This document shows, piece after piece, positions 1 to 10,211 of a DNA stretch of 64,000 nucleotides. Numbering within the stretch: position 1 is the stretch's first letter; each line of letters opens with the position of its first letter. Made by a program: the position numbers and the translations under genes. The stretch lies in the NCBI GenBank assembly GCA_037131555.1, contig JBAXQU010000003.1, forward strand, positions 8,201 to 72,200, written 5' to 3'. Origin of the DNA: Bacteroidota bacterium (GTDB lineage Bacteria > Bacteroidota > Bacteroidia > 2-12-FULL-35-15). The notes under the pieces are model-generated. The model saw only the letters and a list, made by a program, of their open reading frames with translations, made no database searches and was not told the DNA's origin.

Positions 1-3000
1 ATAAACCAAACTTCCGGTTCCGGTATTATAGATAGTGACAGGAAGGCTAACCGTATCCGAACAATTTAAATTAGCAATAAGCGAATTAGGATTAAGGAAA
101 ATGGTAGGAGCACTTTGCACAGAAATAGTATTTGTAATTGTATCCGAAAAGAAACAGTTGCTTGCAATCAAAGTAACAGTGAAGGTTCCTGAGGAAGCAA
201 AAGCATGAGAAGGATTTTGCTGGATTGAAGTTTGACCATCACCAAAATCCCAAGCCCATGAATTAGGATTGTTGTTTGTAGCATCATTAAACTGCACAAG
301 TGTGTTTAACGGAGGATTGGTAGAACTCATACTAAATGCAGCAACTGGTGGATTTCCTGAACCAAGCACAGAAGTCCAAGTTGCAGCCCATCCAGAATAT
401 GTAACAGAAACATCAGAGTACCAATTTATGAACATTGTTCCAGAAGATGCTGTCAAGTTTGGAGGTAAAGTAGAACCTGCACCATTGTAGAGAAGAGGTG
501 CAGAAACATTGGTTCCATCATAAACGCTTAAGTAATCAAATCCTCCTTCTGTATTAAATTGACTGAATGAAAGAGTAATGCTCAATGCACATCCAGGATC
601 GATTAAAAGCGAGCAGTTTTCATTATTTTGATAGCTACCAGCTGGACCTCCCGAATCGTATAGTTGTCCGTTAGCCGCTGTGGTAGAGGTAATACCTGTA
701 CACATATTAATAGAATTGACCACATTGATGTAAGCCACCTTCACAATACTATCTTGTCCGAAGCTATTACTTACATGCAATGTAACTGAATATGTACCTA
801 ATGTATTATAAGTAATTGCGGGATTTTGAATTGTAGAACTTGATGGACTGCCTCCTGGACTTAACCATTGCCATGCAGTTGGTGCATGCTGAGTTAAATC
901 GGTAAAATAAACTGTTCCCCCTACATTTATGGTGGTTACATTAGCAACAAAATCAGCAATAGGGGGTAGTGTATTCGGTATAAATGTAATGGTATAATCT
1001 TCCGCTTGCCCATTTTGAGGATTATTGCAGGGTCCAGTAATAGTGTTAGTGGCATTATCATCCATCACTCTCATCCTCAAAGCGGTATTTAAAACTGCAG
1101 AACTAGAAGTATTCACAATGCCACTATTAATAGCTAAATGATTGGAGGATGCGAATGCTTGTTCTGTTGAATTATTGAAAATTCCATCGTTGTTGTAGTC
1201 AATCCATACTTTCACATTTTCATTGGTATATGTTCCCGTAGTAATGCTAATGGGTACAGGATCACCTGCGATAAGTGTTGTTGCATTGCCACAAGAAAAA
1301 TCTTTGTATCCCTCCGATGCATCAGCTGATGCATGGTTTATGGTTCCAAACAAAACATTGGTAATTCCTACTCCACAACAATAAGAAACTGTAGTAGGCG
1401 TGCAACTAGGAGAAATAGGGCCTCCTCCATTCGTTAATGTAATATAATTACTTAAAATTAAAGTATCCGTACTTGAACAACTTGCAGTTCCATTCGCGAT
1501 AAGTTTGACTGTATAAGTACCTGAAGCCGTATATTGATGTGTTGGTGAAGAAACCGTTGATGTGTTTCCGTCTCCAAAATCCCATTGATAATTAGTTGCG
1601 TTCATGCTTGTATTTATAAAATTTACAGTTGCAGGTACTACACAGAAAAAATTCTGTGTTGAATTAAACCCTGCTATGACAGCATTCGAAAAAATCCCCC
1701 CAACACCAACTGCGTACCAAGCATTTGTAATTTGTATCACTTGATTGGAACAACTTCCGAACAAGTCTACAGCAGCTTGAATTGAGTAGAAACGAGCATC
1801 TGCATAAGTACTATTAGGAGTTAAATAAACAGATAAGCTACGATAAGCAATCGCACTTGCATCATTAATTCCTATAGGATTCACTGTATATGTATCACCC
1901 AAATCGTTCACTCCACTTCCTCCCATGCAAATTAAGTAAAACCAAAAATTTTGCACCCCGCTATTATTATGTACTTCATTTGGAGCATTCCAATACAAAC
2001 CATTGTAACAATCAGGATTACTAAACTGATTGGGGTTGCCCATGTTTCGAAATGGAATACCATTTATGTTAATCTGATCTCCAATCAAAAAATTTGCTGT
2101 TGATGGGTTTTTGAAATAATCAATTGCAACACCAAAGCAGTCACTAAATGATTCATTCAAAGCTCCTGATTCGTCAGAATAAACCAATGCTGCTGTATTC
2201 TCAGTTACTGCGTGAGTAATTTCATGCCCTACAACTTCAAGTGAGGTAAGTGGTGTATAATTTGTACCATCGCCATCACCATACGTCATTTCGGTACCAT
2301 CCCAAAACGCGTTGACATAACCAACGCTATAATGAACATATGCATTAATTTGGGCACCTAAATTATCGTATGAGTTACGACCATAATGAGAATAATAAAA
2401 ATCATACGTAGCTTCCGAACCAAAATGTGCATCGTAAGCATATTGATCTATCGTAGTTAAGTTCCAATTATTATCTGCATCTGTAAAATCTGTAGCTGTT
2501 GTATAATCACTACCAGTGTTTAGATTCATAGTACGCAACCCACCGAACCCTTTAGATGCTCTTAGTCTAAAACTTGTTGTACTTACACTATCAGTTGTCA
2601 TATTTACATTGCCACTGTACGCTGTGTTAGCAATAGCGTGAGCATCCGTATTTTCAATTCTATTCACCTCCTTGAGTACTTTTCCCGAATTTGCATCGAT
2701 GTAGATATATGAGCGTCTAAGGGGTTCCAAACTATAGATGTCAAATTTATAAGCCAAGAAAAAGCCTTTATCTGTTGGAAGAACAAGGAGTTTTCCTTCA
2801 TTATTCATTTTTTGAATACCACCAATATTTGCATCTTTATACTTCATTGAAGGTACAGCATTTAAAGCATGAATGAATGCAACATCTCGCGAAAGATTTG
2901 GCAATTCATTTATTGAAATATGATTATAAAACTCTCCATTAGCCGATAGAATAAAACCATTTTTAGAATGAACTGTATAAACGCCATATTCAACTAAAAA

Positions 3001-3321
3001 AGATTTGTAATACTCATTGAATTTATAATGAGTATAATTTTGATTATCTGTTTCTGATTTCGCAAGCTGAAATGAAATATCATCTATTGGTTTCAACACA
3101 TCCTTGGTCAGCCAACTTAACATTCCATTCGTGCTAATAATTGCATCTGTTGCAAGCTTAACATAATCAATAGTTTTTCTGGTTTCACTGATTTTTAATT
3201 GCGAAGCTCCATCTACTATTTTTGCTGCAGCTTCACCGTTATAAATTTGAGATTTACCAATTTGTGGATAGTAAATAACTAGAAAAAGGGAAATACAAGA
3301 AGTAATGATACATTTTTTCAT
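1..3321 (-). CDS. M4 (thermolysin-like) zinc metalloprotease with C-terminal PKD-like, GEVED-like and CUB-like domains. Partial: the 3' end runs off the left edge of the window.
   Basis: Absent from the supplied ORF track, presumably because there is no stop codon in the window. The minus-strand ATG is at 3319-3321 and gives a signal-like N-terminus (MKKCIITSCISLFLVIYYPQIGKSQ). My hand translation stays in frame to base 1; it was spot-checked at 3181-3321, 2212-2226, 961-1020, 601-660 and 1-60. HEITH is at 2212-2226, followed by GALNESFSD (thermolysin-type Glu ligand). Later segments include NATNYQWDFGDGNTS (PKD-like), GQAEDYTITF (GEVED-like) and YDSGGPAGSYQNNENCSLLI (CUB-like). Confidence 0.85.
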   Translation of the reverse strand, partial: MKKCIITSCISLFLVIYYPQIGKSQIYNGEAAAKIVDGASQLKISETRKTIDYVKLATDAIISTNGMLSWLTKDVLKPIDDISFQLAKSETDNQNYTHYKFNEYYKSFLVEYGVYTVHSKNGFILSANGEFYNHISINELPNLSRDVAFIHALNAVPSMKYKDANIGGIQKMNNEGKLLVLPTDKGFFLAYKFDIYSLEPLRRSYIYIDANSGKVLKEVNRIENTDAHAIANTAYSGNVNMTTDSVSTTSFRLRASKGFGGLRTMNLNTGSDYTTATDFTDADNNWNLTTIDQYAYDAHFGSEATYDFYYSHYGRNSYDNLGAQINAYVHYSVGYVNAFWDGTEMTYGDGDGTNYTPLTSLEVVGHEITHAVTENTAALVYSDESGALNESFSDCFGVAIDYFKNPSTANFLIGDQININGIPFRNMGNPNQFSNPDCYNGLYWNAPNEVHNNSGVQNFWFYLICMGGSGVNDLGDTYTVNPIGINDASAIAYRSLSVYLTPNSTYADARFYSIQAAVDLFGSCSNQVIQITNAWYAVGVGGIFSNAVIAGFNSTQNFFCVVPATVNFINTSMNATNYQWDFGDGNTSTVSSPTHQYTASGTYTVKLIANGTASCSSTDTLILSNYITLTNGGGPISPSCTPTTVSYCCGVGITNVLFGTINHASADASEGYKDFSCGNATTLIAGDPVPISITTGTYTNENVKVWIDYNNDGIFNNSTEQAFASSNHLAINSGIVNTSSSAVLNTALRMRVMDDNATNTITGPCNNPQNGQAEDYTITFIPNTLPPIADFVANVTTINVGGTVYFTDLTQHAPTAWQWLSPGGSPSSSTIQNPAITYNTLGTYSVTLHVSNSFGQDSIVKVAYINVVNSINMCTGITSTTAANGQLYDSGGPAGSYQNNENCSLLIDPGCALSITLSFSQFNTEGGFDYLSVYDGTNVSAPLLYNGAGSTLPPNLTASSGTMFINWYSDVSVTYSGWAATWTSVLGSGNPPVAAFSMSSTNPPLNTLVQFNDATNNNPNSWAWDFGDGQTSIQQNPSHAFASSGTFTVTLIASNCFFSDTITNTISVQSAPTIFLNPNSLIANLNCSDTVSLPVTIYNTGTGSLVY

Positions 3322-3524
3322 GGCACGAGAATTAAGATTCAACGGCTAATATACAACAAATTTAATTATGAATTTCAAATCATTGAAAGTTTTCAGAAAA
3401 TAAAAACAATTGTCCCTATTAGTAGGTGATTCGAAAGTATCAGTTATTGTAAAATATTTTTTGCCAACAGATTTCGGTCAAATTATTTTAGTATTTCGAC
3501 TTTCTCAAAGTAAGAAATAAACTA

Positions 3525-5519
3525 TCATTCAGCCGATTTAATTGCTTTCAACCTTGTTTTCAGTTTGGCTATTTCATCCTTTGTATCTTGAATTTTTTTC
3601 TCGAACTGTTGTTTCAAAACACTTGTTCCTTTAGATTTTGCAAAAAACTCAATATTATTTTCTAATTGCGAAACTTCTTCTTTTAACTTGGTCATTTTAT
3701 TCAAAATATTTCGCTCATCAGAAGATGATACGCTTTTGGATGAAATACCTTTATCGAGTTGAACAGTGCCACCCTGTTTAAAATCAGGGCGCAATTGTAA
3801 AACATCGAAATGCACTTTAATAGCTGAACGAAACTGCTCCCAAAGTTTATCTTTCTTTTTCAAAGGAACCATCCCTATTTCACTCCATTCTCGTTGAAAA
3901 AGTTTCAATTGATCAAGGCTTTCAGCCGCATCATCTTTGTTAACTACAAACTTCTCTATTCTTGAAATCAAATCTACTTTTTTACTGTAATTTTTCTCAT
4001 ATTCATCATCTATACTAGCATAATGAGCTTTCTTCCTATTAAAAAACACATCACATGCTGCTTTAAAACGAATCCAAATTTTGTTATTTTTATCCTGCGA
4101 ACCCACATGGCCATATTTTTTCCATTCTTGTTGCAAGCGAATTAACTCGTCAGATGTAGCCTTCCAGTCCGAATTTTCCTGCAATCCCTCAGCTTGAATA
4201 CAAATTTCTGTTTTAGCTTGAAGGTTAGTTGCAAATTCCTGCTTCCGTTTTTTATAATATTCATCTTTCTGCTTGAAAAATCCGTCTGCTATTGATTTGA
4301 ATTTTTTCCAAACTTCTTCATTTTTCAACCTATCTGCTGGACCAATAGTTCTCCATTTAACTTGTATTTCTAACAATGATTTCATTCCATCTTGCCACTG
4401 ATTGTGTTGCTCATATACTGCATTGGCTATGGTTTGTGCTTGTTCACACAGTTCAAGCTTTGCAATATAATTATCGTTGTGCTTTTTTTGCAGTTCCGCT
4501 AGGTATTGCTTTTTATTTTCGTAAACTTTGTCCAATGCGATTCGGAATCGGGTCCATAATTCATTTCCCTGTTCTCGCATTACAAAGCCTATTTCCTTCC
4601 ATTTGTTTTGAAGGGCTTGGGCTTGATTAATGGCCTTATTTAAAGACGTTTCTAAAATTAACTCTTCGGCTTGTTCACAAAGATGCAATTTCATTTCCAC
4701 GTTCTTCTTTTGATCAAGTACCTGAAGCTCTCGATTAATTTTTATGAAGTCGTAGAATCGATCGATATAAAGTTTATAGTTGTTCCAAAGTTCGGTTACG
4801 TTTGCTTGAGGCACTGCACCAATATTCCGCCATTGTGCTTGAAGTTCGTGAAATTCATTGAACGCTTTCGACATGTTTTCTTCGTTCTGAATTATGTTTT
4901 TCATCTTTGAAAGAATTTCCTGTTTTGTTTTCAGGTTTTCTTCTCTAAGTTTTTCTTGCCCAATGATGAAATCAGCTTTGAGTTTACTATATTTTGAATA
5001 TGCCTTTCTAAATTTTTCTTCAGTAGAATCAGCAAAAAATTCGAATTCCTCAACTGTTTTCCCTTCTTCCAAAAACTTCGAAAGTGCCGCGGCTTTTTCT
5101 TGAGTAATGATATGGTTGAAGGATTCACGAGCTTGAGTTACCTTATTTCTAATGGCTATTAAATCAGTTTCCTGACACATTTCCTCCATTCTTTTGGTTA
5201 ACTCCTCTTTGGTGTAGCCATTGAAATTTTCTAATGGTTCAATCTCTATCTCCTCTATTGCTTCATCTTGGAAAACAATTGGAGTTTCTGATTCTATAAT
5301 CACTTTTTGATCATCACGTTCAATAACACTTTCGTTTACAGGACTTATATTATTATCGGGAACATCGATTTCCATTTTATCATCCATTGTATTATCAATT
5401 GAAATTGCTCTTTCTGTTTTTTCGGAAATTTCTTCAATAATCTCGTTCTTGTTTATCACTTGCTCTACAACACTTTTGTTCTCTTCCGGCAAGGCGGATA
5501 ATTCATTTTGATTTTCCAT
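3525..5519 (-). CDS. DUF349 domain-containing protein
   Basis: 664-aa ORF with many repeats of the W(K/R)xIG ... LWxxF(K/R) helical module typical of DUF349, plus an acidic N-terminus. Confidence 0.8.
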   Translation of the reverse strand: MENQNELSALPEENKSVVEQVINKNEIIEEISEKTERAISIDNTMDDKMEIDVPDNNISPVNESVIERDDQKVIIESETPIVFQDEAIEEIEIEPLENFNGYTKEELTKRMEEMCQETDLIAIRNKVTQARESFNHIITQEKAAALSKFLEEGKTVEEFEFFADSTEEKFRKAYSKYSKLKADFIIGQEKLREENLKTKQEILSKMKNIIQNEENMSKAFNEFHELQAQWRNIGAVPQANVTELWNNYKLYIDRFYDFIKINRELQVLDQKKNVEMKLHLCEQAEELILETSLNKAINQAQALQNKWKEIGFVMREQGNELWTRFRIALDKVYENKKQYLAELQKKHNDNYIAKLELCEQAQTIANAVYEQHNQWQDGMKSLLEIQVKWRTIGPADRLKNEEVWKKFKSIADGFFKQKDEYYKKRKQEFATNLQAKTEICIQAEGLQENSDWKATSDELIRLQQEWKKYGHVGSQDKNNKIWIRFKAACDVFFNRKKAHYASIDDEYEKNYSKKVDLISRIEKFVVNKDDAAESLDQLKLFQREWSEIGMVPLKKKDKLWEQFRSAIKVHFDVLQLRPDFKQGGTVQLDKGISSKSVSSSDERNILNKMTKLKEEVSQLENNIEFFAKSKGTSVLKQQFEKKIQDTKDEIAKLKTRLKAIKSAE

Positions 5520-5567
5520 TTGGTGTCTTTAACTAATTTTTAATTGTATAAAATTACAAAATATATT

Positions 5568-6328
5568 TTACTTGAGTTTTTTTAATAGTGCTTCTGCATC
5601 TTTTTTTGCTTTGTTGTCATCTTCGCATAAAGGAATTATTTCAAGAACTTTCTGCGCCCAAAGCCTAGCTTCAACGAACTTTCCCATTTCATAATACGTT
5701 TCAGCTAACTCATATTGATGTAACATAAATTTAGGCTCAATCGAAATGGCTGTCATAAATGACTTCACCGCATCTTTATAAGAGCCTCCTTCAGGAACTC
5801 CTCCAAAAAAGAATTGATCATCAACTTTTCTACCGCATTAAAACCTGCAATTGCTCTATGCCAACGTCCAAGAATATGATGTGCTCCCGCAATCTTTGGA
5901 TTGAGAGTAATACTCCTATCTAACTGTGTTTTTATTGCCTTAGCATTCGCTATCTTTACCTTAGAGCTTGCGTTTTCATATATTCTCCCCAACGCAAGTG
6001 CATACACATAATGCCCTTCAGCATTGGTTTCACTCAATTTTATTGCTTTTCGTGCAAGATATCCGGCAGAAATATAATACTTCATCTTCTCCGTTTCAGG
6101 CGAATAATAAAATGAAAATTTAGTCATACAGTAGCTTGCACCAGTCAAATAATTCACATTACTTGAATCTCCCTTCAGTAATAACTGATAAAGAGGTAGT
6201 GCTTCACGATAATTGTAAGCAGATTTAAACTTTTGTGCTTTTGAAAACAATTCCTCATTGTTCTGTGCAATGCTCGATGTTGTTAGTTTTACAAATATTA
6301 TTAGAAATGAGAGTATTGTTCTTTTCAT
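5568..6328 (-). pseudogene. TPR-like protein (regulator-of-microtubule-dynamics-like fold) split by a frameshift in a homopolymer
   Basis: ORFs 5765-6328 and 5568-5768 overlap by 4 nt in different frames. Adding one T to the T6 run (A6 on the plus strand, 5805-5810) gives a continuous reading ...NSFFGGVPEGGSYKDAVKSFMTAISIEPKF..., joining both parts into one protein of about 253 aa with an N-terminal signal peptide. Confidence 0.7.
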
Positions 6329-6352
6329 TAAAAAAAAGTATTGAATTAAAAA

Positions 6353-9300
6353 CTAAAATGCCCGACTAACTCCAATCACGAAACGAAACTGAAGATAATC
6401 TTTGTCTATTGAAGGTATTTTGTTCAACCAAAAAGGCATATCAAAACGAATTGTTAAAGGGTTTACAGTTTGCAAAAATGCGAATTTTTTAATTGTAAGC
6501 GCAGTACCAATACCTGCATCTGCCCTAAGTCCTCCCATTTTCAATACCTTTATGTCGGGAGTATTGTAATTTATAAAACCTGCATCACCAAATAAATACG
6601 TAGTAAGTTTAAATGTTTTATTAAGCCAATTTTGTTTCTTAATTTTAATTATTCCATCAAATTCCAATTCACCATTAATAGCTGCACCTGTTTGCCCTTT
6701 GTAAGTAGTTACGGTAGTTCCATCAGCTAACAACTCTGGCGCCAAATAACCTGAATACCCTCTCAAATTAAGTCCTCCACCATAATTGAAATAATTAGTT
6801 GTTGACCCGAAACTTGCCCATTCAGGGTTAAATATTCCTTGAGAACGAGTGTATTTGTTCTCCATCATTTCTTCGGGGTTTCCTCCTGCAAGGAATAACG
6901 AGGATTCACTCGCCCAATTTGACCCTGTCCCGAATTGCCCGTATATACGATTATTTAACTTAAGCTTCCAAATATTGGTACGATTAATAACTGTGATGCT
7001 TATAGCCTGATAATCATAATCACTCATCAAAGCGGACGTTCTTGTTCCTAAGTTAATTGTTCCTGTTCCCTTGCGATAAGAATAACTGTGTTCCAATCCG
7101 ATATTAATAGTATTGTTAAGTTTGTTAGGTTCCCACTCTTGTGGTAAGAGCAGATAGGGTAAATCTGTAAAATTTTCTCGATACATTGACTTAAAGGACA
7201 TATAGACTTTATTTCTACCAGAAACATCTTTTCTATCAAACCCGATAGAATATCCTTGTAATCCATCTAAATTTTTGGCCGATAAATATACTGATGACCC
7301 TTTCATAAAACGATCGGTAGCTGTGCGATAGTTGATTCGATAACTTACAATATCATTAGAATTCTTAATATGATTCTCGGTAAGTGTATCTAGATAATTT
7401 TTTCCAACACTACTGTTAAGCCAAATAGTCGCATCAAAAACATGTTTGTAATTCATATAATGCCCATTAAGATTGAGTCCTACTTTCAACCCATCATAAC
7501 CATTATACCAAAAGTCAGGACGAATGAACATTTCATATTTGGTCCAATCAGCGGGATTGTAAATTTTTGAATCGAATCGAAACTTAATCGGAATTCTCTT
7601 AGCATTGTCAACCATATAAGCATCAGCTAACCTCAAACTTGGATCAATTACCACATCTTCAATCCCCTCAGGAATTTTTACGGTGGCCGTATATGTTGGT
7701 TTCACTTTATCCCAACCAATCCATCTTGGAAGCACTTGCGCATCCGTTTTTTTAACAAACCAATTATTCGGAATATGATAATTAAAAGTACTATCCTTTT
7801 TATCAGTAACTGAAAAGTCAAGGGGCATTTGCATTCCTTTTCTTTTGAAAGTAATCTCATACTCATCCTTGCCTCTTCCTTTCTTTACTCCTTTTACAGC
7901 ATAATCAATCACTTTAGGAGTTTCCATCCATTCATCAAAAAACCAATTAAGATCGACATGTGAGTATTGGATAATAGATGTACGAAAATCCTCAATATAT
8001 GGATGAGCAAATTTCCATTGATTAAAATAATGACTCAATGCAGCAAGGAAGAGTGAGTCGCCAAGTGTGTATTGTAAGTTGTAAAGCATGGTTGCCGTTT
8101 TCATATACACCTGACGATAACCTCCTCCCTTAGCCACAGCACCATTATACATATCCGAATGCACACACATATACGCATCATTGTCTCGGCATACATCGTT
8201 CATATATCCATTGTAAACACGTGAGTTTCGCATGACATCAGGTTCAAGAAAATAATTTACATATTTGTTTTTAGGAGGAAGCTTAATTCGTTCCTTTCCA
8301 TCTATGAGTTCATAATCCCAATTGGTTAAGAACTGGGTGAACCCCTCGTCTAGAGCTGCACGGTATGTTTCATTACTTCCTACCATTCCAAAAAACCAGT
8401 TATGACTAATTTCGTGCGCAAGTAAATCTCTATAATCAGGATCCATGCCTCCATCCAAAGTCAGCATTGGATATTCCATCCCATCCTGAGCATCAGCTAC
8501 TATCATCTTTGGATAACCATACAAACCCCAACTTTCCGAATTAACTTTTATTACTTTGGCAGCGTATTCGGCTGCATTTTGCCAACGAGAAGCATGAGGC
8601 TCCTCAGCCAATGAAACACATTTTATGCCATTCCATTCTGCCTCTCCAATGCGATAAGTTGGGTCTGCAGTAAGCGCAAAATCATGAACATTCTCTGCGT
8701 GAAAATTCCATGTTTTAGTTGTCCCATCAGGTTTGATGATAACGGATGGTGGTTCGCCCCAAGGTTTACTAGCGAAATTTCGTATATTTAATTTAGCACG
8801 TAAATCATCAGGCATCACCTCTTTTGTGTTAAGTAATGTCCCAGTACCATCCACTATATAATTATTAGGAAAAGTAAAGGCAACATCATACGTTCCAAAG
8901 TCGCCATAAAATTCATGATCCATGTGTTGATCCGTGTCCCAACCTAGTTTGCGGTCGTATACAGAAATTCGAGGGTACCAATGCACAACATCGTAATGTT
9001 TGTTTCCCCAGGCGTTAAACATTTTCATTCTGTTACGCAATGTTCCTCCATTAAAATATGTTTTGAAATCAATTCTAAAACTCACACTCTCACCTGCCTT
9101 CAATGGTCGAGCAAGCAATACTTTCAAGATGGTATTATCTTGCTCCATTTTTAATTCCACTCCATTACTAGAAATTTTTGAAATGTTTGTCCCTAATCCT
9201 TGTTCTGAATATTTTCCAAAGGTGAGTTTATTACCATTGTTTTTATACAAATCGGCTAAATAAGAACCTTTTGCTTGAGCATTACTATAAAGGTGAAAAT

Positions 9301-9553
9301 AAACATACAATAATTCATCTGGAGAATTGTTGTAATAGGTTAGTTCTTCGGAACCATTTATTATATCAGTCTTATCATCAAGCGATGCGACTAGTTTATA
9401 ATACACATCTTGTTGCCAATAACCTTCGAAGGGTTTGCGATTTTTCCAATAATATATATTTTCTTTTGTTTGATAACTATTTGCTGGAAACTGCGCCATA
9501 GCCTGCATCACAAAAGCTGTTATAGAAAAAATAATCAATTTAAATTTTGTCAT
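6353..9553 (-). CDS. M1 family metallopeptidase fused to a C-terminal Omp85/surface-antigen-like beta-barrel
   Basis: Signal peptide; GMEYPM, HEISHNWF (8402-8416) and DEGFTQF motifs of the M1 gluzincin family. The C-terminal ~400 aa show alternating beta-strand patterning, GGGLNLRGY (about 6755-6790), YLFGDAGF, ADAGIGTAL, and a terminal aromatic residue (…IGVSRAF). Confidence 0.8.
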   Translation of the reverse strand: MTKFKLIIFSITAFVMQAMAQFPANSYQTKENIYYWKNRKPFEGYWQQDVYYKLVASLDDKTDIINGSEELTYYNNSPDELLYVYFHLYSNAQAKGSYLADLYKNNGNKLTFGKYSEQGLGTNISKISSNGVELKMEQDNTILKVLLARPLKAGESVSFRIDFKTYFNGGTLRNRMKMFNAWGNKHYDVVHWYPRISVYDRKLGWDTDQHMDHEFYGDFGTYDVAFTFPNNYIVDGTGTLLNTKEVMPDDLRAKLNIRNFASKPWGEPPSVIIKPDGTTKTWNFHAENVHDFALTADPTYRIGEAEWNGIKCVSLAEEPHASRWQNAAEYAAKVIKVNSESWGLYGYPKMIVADAQDGMEYPMLTLDGGMDPDYRDLLAHEISHNWFFGMVGSNETYRAALDEGFTQFLTNWDYELIDGKERIKLPPKNKYVNYFLEPDVMRNSRVYNGYMNDVCRDNDAYMCVHSDMYNGAVAKGGGYRQVYMKTATMLYNLQYTLGDSLFLAALSHYFNQWKFAHPYIEDFRTSIIQYSHVDLNWFFDEWMETPKVIDYAVKGVKKGRGKDEYEITFKRKGMQMPLDFSVTDKKDSTFNYHIPNNWFVKKTDAQVLPRWIGWDKVKPTYTATVKIPEGIEDVVIDPSLRLADAYMVDNAKRIPIKFRFDSKIYNPADWTKYEMFIRPDFWYNGYDGLKVGLNLNGHYMNYKHVFDATIWLNSSVGKNYLDTLTENHIKNSNDIVSYRINYRTATDRFMKGSSVYLSAKNLDGLQGYSIGFDRKDVSGRNKVYMSFKSMYRENFTDLPYLLLPQEWEPNKLNNTINIGLEHSYSYRKGTGTINLGTRTSALMSDYDYQAISITVINRTNIWKLKLNNRIYGQFGTGSNWASESSLFLAGGNPEEMMENKYTRSQGIFNPEWASFGSTTNYFNYGGGLNLRGYSGYLAPELLADGTTVTTYKGQTGAAINGELEFDGIIKIKKQNWLNKTFKLTTYLFGDAGFINYNTPDIKVLKMGGLRADAGIGTALTIKKFAFLQTVNPLTIRFDMPFWLNKIPSIDKDYLQFRFVIGVSRAF

Positions 9554-9653
9554 TCCTAAATATATCGATATTTGATAGGGTAAATATAGATTTATTTAAA
9601 TTAATTATTCGATTTATTTGTAAAAGTGTTGAATTAGTTTCACAAGTATTAGT

Positions 9654-9661
9654 TACCTTTG
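9654..9661 (+). promoter_or_regulatory. Candidate Bacteroidota sigma-A -7 box (TACCTTTG) for osmC
   Basis: Exact TAnnTTTG match 23 nt upstream of the ATG at 9685, with a TTG at 9629-9631 at plausible -33 spacing. Confidence 0.35.
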
Positions 9662-9684
9662 TTTCGAACTAAATAAAAAATACA

Positions 9685-10101
9685 ATGCAAATAAAAAGAT
9701 CAGCTACTGCTCATTGGGCAGGCTCAGGAAAAGATGGAAAAGGAACGCTTAGCTCTGCAAGCGGAGTATTAAATGAGGCTCAATATGGTTTCAAATCAAG
9801 ATTTGAAGACGGTATCGGTACTAACCCAGAAGAATTAATAGCAGCAGCCCATTCAGGTTGTTTCAGCATGAAACTTGCGTTTAATCTTCAAGCTGCAAAT
9901 TTCATTGCCGATAGTATTGATACAAAAGCAATCGTTGTTTTGGAAAATGGTGCAATACCTGAAATACAACTTGAAACTACTGTAAAAGCTGTAGGTTTGA
10001 CAGTAGAAAAACTTAACGAACTTGTTGCTGATGCTAAATTAAATTGTCCAATATCAAAACTATTTAATGCAAGTATCAGTGTTAAAGCTACCTTAATCTA
10101 G
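9685..10101 (+). CDS. osmC: OsmC family peroxiredoxin
   Basis: 138 aa with the two conserved Cys contexts (AAHSGCFSMKL and LNCPISK) typical of OsmC/Ohr. Confidence 0.85.
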   Translation: MQIKRSATAHWAGSGKDGKGTLSSASGVLNEAQYGFKSRFEDGIGTNPEELIAAAHSGCFSMKLAFNLQAANFIADSIDTKAIVVLENGAIPEIQLETTVKAVGLTVEKLNELVADAKLNCPISKLFNASISVKATLI

Positions 10102-10126
10102 TTTTAACCTTTATCGTATTCATTTT

Positions 10127-10169
10127 CTGGTCAGTTGATTTCTTACAATTGGCCAGAATTTTTTCTTTT
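10127..10169 (+). terminator. Candidate rho-independent terminator after osmC
   Basis: 7-bp stem (ctggtca / tggccag, one G-U pair) with a 16-nt loop, followed by the T-rich tract aattttttctttt. It overlaps the TTG-extended uvrB ORF start. Confidence 0.4.
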
Positions 10170-10211
10170 CTCTCGTTTACAAACTTTCTAATTTTTGCTA
10201 CTTCGTCTCAA

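Noticed and set aside
269-490. The 73-aa plus-strand ORF listed in the track.
   Set aside because: It lies entirely antisense within the M4 protease coding region and has no recognisable motif, so it is a shadow ORF.
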